Positions 40,299-52,489 of a DNA stretch of 64,000 nucleotides are shown in pieces. Every line of letters starts with the position of its first letter. Position 1 is the stretch's first letter. The notes beneath the pieces are model-generated. The model did no database searches and had not been told where the DNA came from. It saw nothing but the letters and a program-made list of their open reading frames with translations. The stretch lies in assembly GCA_052426225.1 (NCBI GenBank), contig JBNJNM010000011.1, forward strand, positions 3,410,001 through 3,474,000, written 5' to 3'. This DNA comes from Zancudomyces culisetae HAW-14-8. Taxonomy: Eukaryota > Fungi > Kickxellomycota. The position numbers and the translations under genes were made by a program.

Positions 40299-42009
40299 CC
40301 TTTCCTTCCCTAGATCTCTAGATACCCGAATTTAAGTTTTTTTTTGTTTTTTTTTGTTGAAAAGGTTCAGCTTATTACTTTTTATTTTTTTATTTTTTTA
40401 TTTTTTGTGTAATAATCCATTTTCATGAAATTTCGAGTAAATAAATAAAATCAAAACATAACCCTGATTTGTTTAACGAATTTGATTTGAAATTGACTAT
40501 ACCCAATAAGCAGTTTTGAGTATAAAAAAAAACACACGCTTAGATGTGTAGTATGTGGAAACGAAATATAACAAGAAAAAGAAACTGTTACTACGAACTT
40601 GAGCACAGGTTCAACTTCGTTCCGATAGATAGTGAAAATTCTGATAAGCATCAAGTATCTAATACAAGTTAAAGTGTTTTGGCGATAAGTTTCATATCTT
40701 TAGCAACCACTAAAGCATAAAACAGAACAAATCAAAGCAAGGCGACCATATCCTGCAGTAAGACAGTATTTGCGGAACCATTAATCCTTTTGGTATTCGA
40801 TATTTCAAAAAAACGAAAACCAATGTGTCCTACTGTTAGGCTTGGTGAGTATACCCAGCGTAGTGCGTTGTGTTTGTGGCCAAGCTTACTCACAATAGAA
40901 TTCTTAAGTGACGAGATTATTAGTGTAATATGCTCATTTCAGATTATATCTGGGAACAAATGAAAATGTTGCCTTTGACGAAAAGGGTGTAAAAACCAGT
41001 GGAAAGAGTGGTTTTTAAATCCGTGAAAAAACAATTTAGGTTTATCTGGATAATTGGAGTAGTGATATCGCAAAAATTACAAGATAAATTGGGTTTGTAA
41101 AGATAAACAGATAGAGTGGTTTGGTATCATTGCGCCTATCATTATCTATATCTTGATGTGCACTCGATTTTGCGGCACATACCCTCACGGTCCCGGAAAT
41201 CTCAGAGGCTATGATGGCAATACTAACACACATGAAGATGTTTCGCTGGAGCCATTTAAGCAATGTGGGAGTGTGCTAACCAAAAAAAATCTTGGCTGTC
41301 CGGCTTTTTCAACATTGCGTGACTTTTTTATTGGCTATCCCTTTTTACCTCCAGAAACCTAGAGTGTACTTTTTCAACCATAATTTTTTGATTGTTTAGA
41401 GCGCCATTGTATTTTCACCATGAATTTATATAATTACCACAATTGGGCAAATTTTTCAATGAAAATGACCCAAATGGACAAAGGCCGTCATACTTTGCAC
41501 ATTGAGGCGCGGGACAAAACAACCACTATGTGATTTTCCAAAAAAAGAGCATTGCTATTATCACACTTTTCTTATCAATGCTGCTAAAAAATTTTTTTTA
41601 GCTTGCTTCTAAAAAATTCACGATAATTTTTCAATTTAGCAACTATCAACTTATCTAAATTCACGCATGGTTTAACATTAGTAATTATTTGTCAGCGAAT
41701 GACAACCAATTACCGTTATCGTATTATAAAAAACCGAAGCTACTTTCTGGTCTACCAAATAGGATAGCAAGCTTTTATCGATTTATCCACCACAATTCCA
41801 TGTTCTTTTGTGAGTTTTTTTTCCGGAAAAACTGTCCAATTTGCACTATCTGCACAGAATTTATAGTAAATCAAAAGCGTATATAAACCACAAGGGAAAC
41901 CAGATAGGCATCAGAGGGAGATATACTCAACCAAAAGTTTCGGCGGGTTTTTGCTATTTAATTTTACGACAGCTTGATATTATCCAACATATAAGATACT
42001 AAATACAAA

Positions 42010-42558
42010 ATGGTAAAGATATTAAGTGAAGAGGACGATCAAGCCCTAAACAACTATGTAATTAAGGCCTCAGTTCAGAATGCACTACTGGGTGCAGTAT
42101 CCGGTGTTGGATTTGACTTTGGTATGAAGAGGATATGGCCTTTCTATGGAAAGCTGCCTATGGGTATTAGATTCTCAGTGATTGGTTCATTTTTCATAGC
42201 AACACTGGCGGTAAGAACCGAGCATCAGATTCAGGTTTATGAAAAGGCTATGTATGGAGGTGATCCCGAAGAAGAAAAGGTTGAAATCCCAGAATACATG
42301 CAAAAGGGTGGTCATATTGACCGGCTAATGGACGGTTTTTTGCAAAACAAATACTCAGTACTTGGTGGCGCATGGGCTGCCGTAGCAGGGTACTCAGTTT
42401 ACCGCTTGTATCAAAACAAACACATCACCTGGACCCAGAGAATCGTGCAGGCCCGTATGTACGCGCAAGCACTTACTATTGTAGGTATTCTTGGAATAGC
42501 TGGAATTACTGCTCTTTCCAACGATAGAAAAAAAAAGCAGGCTCACGAGGAGCACTAG
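42010..42558 (+). CDS. RCF2: Respiratory supercomplex factor 2-like (HIG1 domain), intronless
   Basis: MVKILSEED N-terminus, two N-terminal TM segments and NKYSVLGGAWA..TQRIVQARMYAQALTI, the fungal Rcf2 pattern. Confidence 0.88.
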   Translation: MVKILSEEDDQALNNYVIKASVQNALLGAVSGVGFDFGMKRIWPFYGKLPMGIRFSVIGSFFIATLAVRTEHQIQVYEKAMYGGDPEEEKVEIPEYMQKGGHIDRLMDGFLQNKYSVLGGAWAAVAGYSVYRLYQNKHITWTQRIVQARMYAQALTIVGILGIAGITALSNDRKKKQAHEEH

Positions 42559-43307
42559 ACAGCACTTTTTGCATTGTTTTTTAAGCTGTTGTTTGTAGTA
42601 GGATTTTCTGAACATATTTTGAAAGCATTTATAGATAGGTTTTGTTAACATACACTTGGATTATACAAGTTTTTAGTTGTGGCTCAATAAAATAGGGCCT
42701 GAAACACATAGTTTCAATTATGACCTGGATAGCATACTGGCCGGGCTGAGAAGACGTATTGCTCATTTTTGCCCAGCTGAGAGTAGAGGAGCTTGCTTTT
42801 TTTTTTCTTTCACATATTTGGGTTGTCTTTTATGTTTAAAGATACTAAAAATGTTTATACAACTTTGGCTTTTTATAACCTCGAAACTTGGTTCGAAGGA
42901 CCGCGTTTGGGATTTCTAATCCGAATATTGAGAAAATATGGTTGTAAAGATGTCTTTTTTCATGATCCAGGGCTTCAGTTGCGCAACTATTAGATTGCAG
43001 ACAGTTGGGAACATACTTCCACTTTAATGGACAGCATTGAATAGTTTTACCTTTTGATAGATACGCCTTTTCTCTACAGCTTAGCACAGCAAAGGTTGCT
43101 CATACTACTATTTGTATTGCCTCTATATACATGTACATATTTGTGCTAGGCATAGTTTTTGGGATTTTATCCACTCAGTTGTGGCATATTTTTTTTTCAC
43201 AAATGTCGATTTGGTAGCAAGAAATTTTGCGCTGTATATAAGCTGGAGAAAAAAAATTTTCAATTTGAAATAGGCTTTTGTAAAGAACTAGGTAAAGTAA
43301 TAGAAAC

Positions 43308-45669
43308 ATGGCGTGCAAATTCGACCCGATAATCAAGCTGGGTGACTCTATAATACTCAAGTTACCTAGTGGAAACACCAAGTTGGTTAAGCTTGAAGCC
43401 AAAGCGTAAGATTTATCAATTTATTTTAGAGTGATCTTAGGTGTTATGATTGTTCAGCATTCACAAAATATGCTAATCCAAATAACACTCAGCTAGAAAG
43501 CCTTTGCTTTGACATGTTATTTTAGTATGCTTCAAAATAAGGCTCCTGGATAGCAGTTTATTGGAGAAGAAGCTAGCTAGAAGGCGCCACTATTTACGCA
43601 TTTTCATAGTTCTGCCTCTGTCAAAAAGTGGAATCGTGTATGGAATGGCATTCGACTAACTGTTGTGACATACAAATAATATAGAAGCATTGATTTGGGG
43701 AAATTTGGAAAATTCAAACCACAGAGCTTAGTAGGAAAACCATATGGACAGTGTTTCGAAATACTCGAGGGCGGCGAATTGCAAGCCCGAAGGAATGTGG
43801 AAATCTTTGATATTGGTAACCCTTTTTTGTTGGTTTTTATGATGATACCGTGATTGTGTTATATATTTACTTTTGAAAAGCCATGCTGTTAGTCAATTCA
43901 TAAACTTTAATACTTTGGTGTTATGGAATATATTTATCAGATTTTGAGGACGGATATACAAACAATCAGGACATTTTCGATTCGAATATGCAAAAAATGA
44001 GCTATGAGGAAATTGAAGAATTAAAAAAAAAAAACAAGGGAGGATACGAAAATTCATACGTAAGTTTTATTTTTATTCCTTGTTGTTTGTACTATGCAAA
44101 CTAACCCTGTATATCGCGTTTTGCATCTATACCTTTTATCCTACGCTGTCACAACTTTTCTCACGCAATTATTCACTTTACACAGGAGATAATCAAGGTT
44201 ATCGCTGAGAACAACGAATCTTTTGACAAAAAAACCGAGTATTCAAAATCGAAATACATCAAAAGAAAAGAAAAAAAGTAATCAATGCGTTAATATACCG
44301 ATATTCTAAGACAGCACTAAAGCGATTATATTACCACACTAGGTTTGTAAAACAGTTCACGCCACAAGAACCAAACATTTATAATATTTGTGAGCACTTT
44401 TTTAAAAAAAACCCAGAGAAGATAAAGTAAGCCTCAGATGATAAAGTGTACTAGTTATACCATAGAATGTTCTAAACTTGACTGATGTGACTTTTGTATG
44501 CACCCTTGTTACATTTCTATGATAGCTATCTGCGGTCCGACACCCTTTCACAGATTTTGAATCTTTCTAACGTATATGACTCGTCTCGCACACTAGTATT
44601 TGAGAATACACAGGGGCTGATAGCTGGAGGCTTATTATCGCGCACAACGAGTAAATTGTTTATACCTCCTCGCATCTTGTATACATGTTAATTTCGATTA
44701 AGGTGACTGTACCAATGTAATTTGTACGCATATCAAATAGCTGGAGTGGTTTATGGCCTTCATGAGGGTACAAACAACAACTACGATGTTTTAAATCATA
44801 TGAATCTTTCAGAATCACAGCTAAGTGTACTACACACGCTTTCGTGGACATCTATAGACCATGAACTGGGTACTTTACTTTTTTTACGTGTATATTAGTG
44901 CATCCATATATATTTGCGTATATATTGTGTGCATTTTGCTGATATGTATTTATCGTATTACTGCTCTTAGAACCATTTTCTGAACATCTTCCTGATGACG
45001 CCTGCGAAGGCCATGCAAAAGGACACGCACGACGAAAGCGAGCCCATGAAACGCTAGCTAAAAATTTGACAGAATTTCGCAAAGAACCTTTTGATGGGTA
45101 AGGAAACCGCTTCATTACTATTTTCAACGATGAAAAAAGACGTTTTTCTCTTACGATTGTCATTTAGTATTAGTGCTCTATGTATACTTTCACTTACAGC
45201 CCTTTCTTAACTTAAACCCTCACTGGTATGATCTAACATCTGATTTTGCTGTATATAGTCTCGTAATATCTACAAATTATGATGTGACATCGGTTGTCAA
45301 GGCTCTTCTAAAGTATATTGGTGGTTCTAGAACTGTCGTTGTATATAGCCCATATAAAGAGGTATTTTTTATCACTATTTTTGAGTTATTACCAGCAGGA
45401 ACTATCTTGCAATATTAGAAAAAAATAGGCCGAGACTTGACATTTTTACTCTATACTCATTCAATTAGACTCTGACAGGCTGCTTTGATTATATGAGAGC
45501 ATCTTCTGAATTTGTTAATGTTCAAATCACCGAAAGCTGGCTTAGAGAATACCAGGTTTTACCAGGTAGAACACATCCATTTATGACCATGTCAGGAAGT
45601 GGTGGCTATATTCTAACCGCCATTAGAATATTTTCCTCGTTTGTTCCCTCTAATACTCGTGCCAAGTAG
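43308..45669 (+). CDS. TRM6: tRNA m1A58 methyltransferase non-catalytic subunit Trm6/Gcd10, 10 exons
   Basis: Spliced product: IDLGKFGKF..LVGKPYG..NNQDIFD..QKMSYEEIEELK..SFDKKTEYSKSKYIKRKEKKF..LRSDTLSQILNLSNV..ESWLREYQVLPGRTHPFMTMSGSGGYIL. Confidence 0.95.
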
Positions 45670-46095
45670 ATAAAACATTTTAATAATTCCCTCCTTAATC
45701 TACAGTTATCTTTTGGTTATCTTTATTACCGCTACTTTTTAATAGCCTAAAAAAATTTTCTGGACAAATGTCATAAAGCTACTACTCAAGACAAAAAAAC
45801 CGCCCTTATAACTCTTGTAGTATCAATACCAATACAAAAAAAAAGAACAAATACTGACTAGCACTTAGTCGCTAAACGGCTACCTGAGACAATACTCCGC
45901 GTATATGTGTTCATGGCTCTAAAAAATGTGTGTTTGCAATGTTTGGTATCATTAAAAAGTATTCAATACAGCGTATACTAAAAACTTAAAGGTAACTATA
46001 CTGTGTACTGTTAGCTAAAGTAAATGTGAATGTAGTTGATTCAAAATACTAAAGAGAGAGTAACCCCCTTCCTTTCGTTTTCTCGCGGGTTTGGA

Positions 46096-47094
46096 TTATA
46101 CTGCATTCATTTTCTTCCCATAGGTTGTTTCAAAAAGGTTTAACCTTCGGGTAAGCGTAGAATCAAACACATCATCAATACCATCCGGCTCTGAATATCC
46201 TAGACCCTTTAGATTATACACCCCCCCATCTTCCTCTGGGATAGTGGATAAAGGGCGTTTGTATTTTTGCGATGTATCACTATCCTTTGAATTTATTGTA
46301 CAGCAGCTACCATTATTGTCACTATTCTCGTTGCTATCATTGCTATCATGGTTGTGCTTGCTCTGAGGATAAGACTCATGAGTAGTATGCATATTTAGCG
46401 TGTGTTGACTCGAGTCTTCCGGCTTTTTTTTAAACATACCCATGAACCCCCTGGATTTTTCTTTTATTTTTGCCAATTTATTTTTGGAGCAGCTTAAAAT
46501 ACTTTTAAATCGAGCCTTTGCATTATTTTTTAGTCTTTTAAGATGAGTATTGCATCTACCCAGCAGCGGTTGGTTGTTTTTAGGCAGGAAAAACGGAATA
46601 TAAATATTTCTTTCTACAACATCCTCAAGAATAATGACAATTTTCTCGTTTGGTTTTATAAAGTGGAAGTATGCTGTTCCAAAGATGGGTAAAAACGCGC
46701 AAAGGAATGATATAAGCTGAATAGAGACTATTTTTGTAACCGATCTTTTTTTAATGTGCGTAGGAAATCTTAATACTCTGCTCGTGTGGCCAATAACTAA
46801 ATAGGCGGTGTAGAAGGATCCGAGTACAGGAACTAGCGTAGAAATGGCACACAACCCCATAGGGGGTCTACAGCCATCCGATGTAGATACATCCAGAAAG
46901 TGGGAATAGTCATCTAGATCTCTTAGTTTTATACATTGTTCAATGGTCAGATTAAAATAATCACCCTCTTTATTTTCAAGCACACTATCTAAACCTACGC
47001 GCCCACACGCATTCTCAGTATTGCTTTGCCTTGATTTACTAGTTATTTCCATAGTTTGTGCCTGTTTGATTGATGTGACTGTAGTTTTTAACAT
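46096..47094 (-). CDS. Membrane protein with a degenerate DUF4112-like domain and a disordered C-tail, 332 aa
   Basis: FLD..CRPPMGLCAISTLVPVLGS..FLCAFLPIFGT..KPNEKIVIILE parallels the DUF4112 pattern LD..RFG..IIGLIPVIGD..IGLVP.LGD..K.N.RN..LLE. Confidence 0.6.
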   Translation of the reverse strand: MLKTTVTSIKQAQTMEITSKSRQSNTENACGRVGLDSVLENKEGDYFNLTIEQCIKLRDLDDYSHFLDVSTSDGCRPPMGLCAISTLVPVLGSFYTAYLVIGHTSRVLRFPTHIKKRSVTKIVSIQLISFLCAFLPIFGTAYFHFIKPNEKIVIILEDVVERNIYIPFFLPKNNQPLLGRCNTHLKRLKNNAKARFKSILSCSKNKLAKIKEKSRGFMGMFKKKPEDSSQHTLNMHTTHESYPQSKHNHDSNDSNENSDNNGSCCTINSKDSDTSQKYKRPLSTIPEEDGGVYNLKGLGYSEPDGIDDVFDSTLTRRLNLFETTYGKKMNAV

Positions 47095-49255
47095 CGTGGC
47101 ATTATCTCACTCAAAGCTTGTATTTTTCTTGTGAAAGCTACATACATGCTAACATATTTATACTAATATCTTTCCGCTAAGTCTCCTTTCATAATTCCTT
47201 TTTTTCCTTCTCTTTTTCTTTTTTTTAAGCTGAATGGATTATATTTCTATCCAAAAAATCAACTACCAAGAGAGCAAGTTAATCCAAAGCGGATTTGTAA
47301 ATCAATGCATTACTTCTCGATGATGCTTGATATAAAATGCTCTTTTTGCAAGCTAGGCCATGGTGAATTTTGGTCAACCCATCCTTTTTACCATATAGTA
47401 ATCCTGCCCCCCCCCCCCAGTTCTCTTTTGGGCTTTGACGAGCTTTTTAGTGCATAAAGTGAGGAGATTTTTATAGTTTGCGCTTTATCATCAGTACACA
47501 AACAACTTGGCTCGGATGTATTTGAATTTAAAGACCCAGTAATTCAGTATTCTACCATATTGACGTTTCAGTGTTGAAAGTATATGGCAGAAACCAATTA
47601 AAAAAAATAAAACCATAAAAAAACATCAACTTCAATGGCTAGCACAGATTAAAAGGTGTTTCTGATATCATATACAGGTTCTATTAGCATCACTGCGACT
47701 ACTTGTCCATTTATTTCAGTACTGAATTGGTGGGGTGCAATGTATAACTAAATCTCGATCATATTTAATATCTTTTCACTTCACCACGTGTATTGGTACC
47801 ATACCTAGTCCATATCACCCACTAACTGTGCATTTTTTTAATATGTTCCTAGTCTTTCATATTTTTTATGTCTCCGTTTTAGTTCTACAAAACATAGAGG
47901 CTTATTACTTGTACTTCTTTTATCACTTCACTATTCCACTCTACATGCGATTTTGCTAATTTTTTTTGTTCCTATTATCACTTTTCTGAAATTTAACTAC
48001 AATAATCCAAAAAAAGCTCTGGTGAATAAATTACACCCACACCCAAAAACTGTCAGCCCTAAGCATTCTTATACTCAGTATTCTTGAATTTAATGCCATG
48101 TAAAAGTAGTGCGTCATTATTATTCATCTTCTGGCATCAATTGGATACGCAATAATCCTTGAGTTGCATTGTGTATTTGGTTCAACGCCGAAATAAAGCG
48201 GTTGATTGTTTCAACCACGCATGCTAGTATCAAGTTATTGTTTCAAGAAAGATACGCATGTTTGACACCGTTAGTTGTTTATCACGTTAGCTTCTTGATA
48301 GCAATACCATATATACTGACAAAAAAAAGTGCGTAGGATTTCAATCTACAGCTTCATTTTATAACAATGAATGATCAAATGAAAGTCAAAGGCACAATCT
48401 ACTATTTTTAGAAATCACCTATCGTCCTATATTTAGCTCTTAAAACTTTCCCACCGGCTCATATATCCGCGATATTTGTAACATCTAAATGAATAATTCT
48501 CATCTTTCTAACACTTTTCTTGGCCGTACTGACAAAAATACAATACAGACTCTACTATTAGTCCAAGCTACTGACGCTTTGGGAAAAGTTGTACGTATTA
48601 CAAACTATATGCTTTGTGGTTGGTATTGATTCTTTATTTTTATTAATTATTCCCCAAAAAAAGTTAACAAAAGATTAGTTATGTTGGTCATCTGAATCCA
48701 TATATAGTAGTTTGAATGGCCCATTCAAAAAGTTAAGGGTGAAGCATGTAGATGAATTGTGTGTACTTGGTTAAAAAAAGACCATATTAGTAGTAAATCT
48801 GGTATTACGTTCTTGCTGTTCTTATTTTTTGTGTATTTGATCTTCCCACACGATTTATATGGCTACTTTAGAGGAAATCTGAAAAAAGACTTCCCAAGCA
48901 CAAAGCTGGGTAAAGAAACCCCATCCTTTCCTCTTTTAGTTTTGTGGGTACTTGGCCCGGAATTTTTTTTGGGGGGTTGGGGTTGAAGACTGAGAGTATG
49001 AAAACTTGAAATAAAAAAGTTTTAAAATAAACCGAAACAAAAATCCAGCCATATGAAAAAAAAATTTTAAGCTTTTACAAATCACGAATATAAATATCAA
49101 CACATTAGGATACCAAGACAACAAATCTTATGAACATTAACTCAACGCACAAGTATAGAAAAATTCACACTCTCAGTTCCAAAAAAGATTCGAATTGATT
49201 TCGACAGGGTTTTATAAGAATAGCTAGTTGATGGTCGATTCACACTGCATTTGAA

Positions 49256-49873
49256 ATGACTCAAAGAGGAACATACACAGTTGTAGTCGATTGCGATGGA
49301 AATGGTAAGGTTTGAAAGAAAGGAGAGGGGAATAAGTTTACTTTGAGTTTTGGTCAAAGTGCTTAGTTATGTATATTATATGAGGGAAACGGCAAACCAA
49401 TCCTTTTCAATTTTATATTATGCATAGGGGAATACGAAAGAGCAGTAGAATACATGAAGTTGGCAATTCAACAGGCTTGGCTGGCTGGTACAGTCACTAC
49501 TGCATTCAATGTAGGCTCAGTTATAGTTGTAGATGAAGTTGTTCAGGCAACAGGATATTCAAGAGAAATCCGAGGAAACACACATGCTGCGGAGTGCGCC
49601 ATAAAGAAGCTCGACGATATTCAAATGGCAAAAGGTGCTGTACTGTATAATACTATGGAGCCGTGCTCCTTTAGGCTTAGCGGGAATAAATCCTGCACCG
49701 AAAGAATAATAGAAGCGGGTATTGCGAAAGTGTTTATTGGTGTAAAAGAGCCAGATACTTTTTCTAACTGTCAGGGTGTACAGATATTGCTTGATCATGG
49801 TATTGATGTGGTTTGTTTGAAAATGCTTGAGGAAGACTGTTTAGAACCCAATGCAGAGCTCTTACTGAGCTGA
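49256..49873 (+). CDS. Stand-alone Rib2-type (DRAP) zinc-dependent deaminase of riboflavin biosynthesis; exons 49256-49304, 49428-49873
   Basis: AFNVGSVIV..TGYSREIRGNTHAAEC..YNTMEPCSFRLSGNKSC..GVKEPDTF (HxE and PCx8C). The upstream exon is joined by a GTAAGG...CATAG phase-1 intron. Confidence 0.8.
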
Positions 49874-50353
49874 AACTTGTTTTGTTTTTTTTATTGAACC
49901 ATCACGGTTTGACATCGCCATGAACCACATATTTTACCTTTTTCATGTAACTTTTATTACTCAGAAAGAGTAAGCGGAGATAATGATGACAATGGATGCT
50001 TTTTTGATAAAAATATCCATATTACTGTGCTAAACCAGCACCTTTTCTCCTTACTTTACCTAAAGCACGATACATTTGTATCCTTATTCTTATCTTTAGT
50101 GTATTTACAAATAAGGGTTTTTTTTTTAAAAAAAAACCCCGTAGTCCGTATGTAAATAAAAATTCCATTGCATTCATGACACTGACGAACTGTTTGCATC
50201 CTGTATATTCCATTTAATTATATACTTACTTGTATGTATATGTTTGGATATAGTTGCTTAACAATGGTGCGCCAAAAAGATGAAAAGTATCCTTTATTGG
50301 AGTAGGGTAAAAAAAATTATTAAAAAAGAAAGCTAAAGAATGGAGCATTGATA

Positions 50354-52489
50354 TTATGTTCCACTGTAGCTGGGGCCACCACCGCCTTCGGGGACAGTCC
50401 ATGTAATATTTTGTGCAGGGTCCTTTATATCGCATGTCTTACAGTGAATGCAGTTTTGAGAATTTACCACAAACTGTTTGGTTCCGGGCTTTGTGTCGCT
50501 GTCAACATATTCATAAACTCCAGCAGGGCAGAATCTGGCTTCTAATCCAGCAAACTCAACATAGTTTCTTTCTGGGTTTGTGTTGATATCAGCAACACGT
50601 AGGTGAACTGGCTGGTTCTCTGCGTGATTTGTTCCAGTTCTAGACACGCTTGTCAGAATGTCAAAAGTTGTGGTGTTGTTTGGCTTTGGGTATTCGATTG
50701 GTTCAAACATACTGGCAGGCTTGGTTGAGCCATGATCAGATGTTTTGTGCTTGAGGGTAAACGGAACTTTTCCCTTGAGGAACATGGTATCAAGCCCTGA
50801 ATACATCATTCCTCCCCATATACCAAGTGGGCTGTGGAAGGATGGTCGAATATTTCTAACTTCATAAAGTTCCTTGTAGATACTGCTGTTATTGAATGCC
50901 TCTTGGTAGTTATCAAGAACCAGTGGTTCGTCTGAAGTCAATTCTTCCTTAAATAATGTATCGGTAATGGAATCTGCGGCAAGTATTCCTGTTTTCATGG
51001 CACAGTGTGTTCCCTTTATTTTAGGCACATTTAAAGTACCCGCAGAGTCACCAAGCAATGCACCTCCCGGGAATACAAGCTTAGGAAGTGATTGCAAACC
51101 GCCTTCTACCAAGCTTCTGGCACCATATGCAAGAACTCTTCCACCTTCCAGCAAATTGTTAATGTAGGGGTGGGTTTTGAATTTTTGGAATTCTTGGTAT
51201 GGAGAAATGTATGGATTTTGATAGTCAAGACCAACAACGACACCCAAAGACAGCAGGTTGTCTTTCATGTGGTATATAAAGCTCCCTGCGTACAAATCAG
51301 AGCTAAAAGGAAAACCAACTGTGTGCACTACAGTTCCCGCTTTATGCTTGGCTGGATCGATTTCCCACACTTCTTTCAATCCCAGCCCGTAGGCTTGAAA
51401 CGCGTCTTTATCTCTGAGACTATACTTGTTAATTACCTGCTTTGAAAGTGACCCGTGACATCCCTCGGCAAACAAAGTGACTTTTCCATGAATCTCAATG
51501 CCTCTTTCAAAGCTTGGTTTGGGCTTAAAGTTCTTATCTAGCCCAACATCGTTAGTAGCTACACCTACGACCTGGCCTTTATCGCCATATATTACCTAAA
51601 GGTCAAAGTATTATTTTAGAATAAAGAAAGCTTGTATAAAATCCAAAAGCATATTTGCCCCCCCCCCTCCCACTTTCATCCCCCCTGGTATGAACATACA
51701 ATAATAAAGTTGAGGTAAATACAAAAAAATAATATAATAAAGTACCTCGCTTCCTGCAAATCCAGCAAATATTTCAACTTCAAGCTCCTCGGCCCTTTCG
51801 CCCAGCCATTTAACGACATCGCTCAAACTAACAATATAATTGCCGTGGTTTGACATTGTGGGTGGATGAGGAATAGGAATCGCGTAGTTTTTCGTAAGGA
51901 ATTTCATATGGTCTTCCAAGGCTGGCTGGAGTAGTGGGGCTCCAAGCTCTTCCCAATTAGGGAATAGTTCTTCCAATGGTCCTGGTTCTATAACCGCTCC
52001 TGACAGTATATGTGCACCTAGAAAAAAAGTATAAATGTATACATTACAGCTTGCCTTTCCCGTGGAATAGTTATTGCAAGGATGTACAACTAGAAAAAAG
52101 ATGGTACATGTTTATTGGGTCTTACCTATTTCAGGTCCTTTTTCGAGAACCACTACTCTGATATCCTTATTTTGTTTAAGAGCATTTTGCTTTATCCTAA
52201 TTGCCGCAGAAAGACCTGAAGGGCCACCTCCAACGATTACTACGTCGGCCTCTTCAACCATACGCTCTTGTTTGGTTGGATCCATTTCACCATCTTCAGC
52301 CTCGGTACTGTATGCTCTGCCCAACTGAATGCCCGTAGACATTCTTGTTGTACCCTTTAATTGCGTGGACAAGCTAGCCCTACCAAACGAAACACCACGC
52401 CCTTTTGCAGATGCAAAGGATTTGGGATTCAGTGCAGAGGTAGGTCGTAGCCCCATACCACGTCTTGCTATTGCGCGACTAAGAATCAT
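50354..52489 (-). CDS. ETFDH: Electron transfer flavoprotein-ubiquinone oxidoreductase; exons 52126-52489, 51746-52017, 50354-51595
   Basis: Mitochondrial presequence, DVVIVGGGPSGLSAAIR, GAHILSGAVIEP, FAEGCHGSL, and the 4Fe-4S motif RFCPAGVYE..NCIHCKTCDIKDP. Confidence 0.97.

Noticed and set aside
40544-40995. Possible small spliced plus-strand gene with a 5-nt microexon (40840-40844)
   Set aside because: Branch sites are weak and the peptides unrecognisable; splice-like words are expected by chance in AT-rich DNA.
41042-41263. 73-aa ORF with hydrophobic N- and C-termini
   Set aside because: Non-ATG start in the track, short, and no family motif; it cannot be distinguished from noise.
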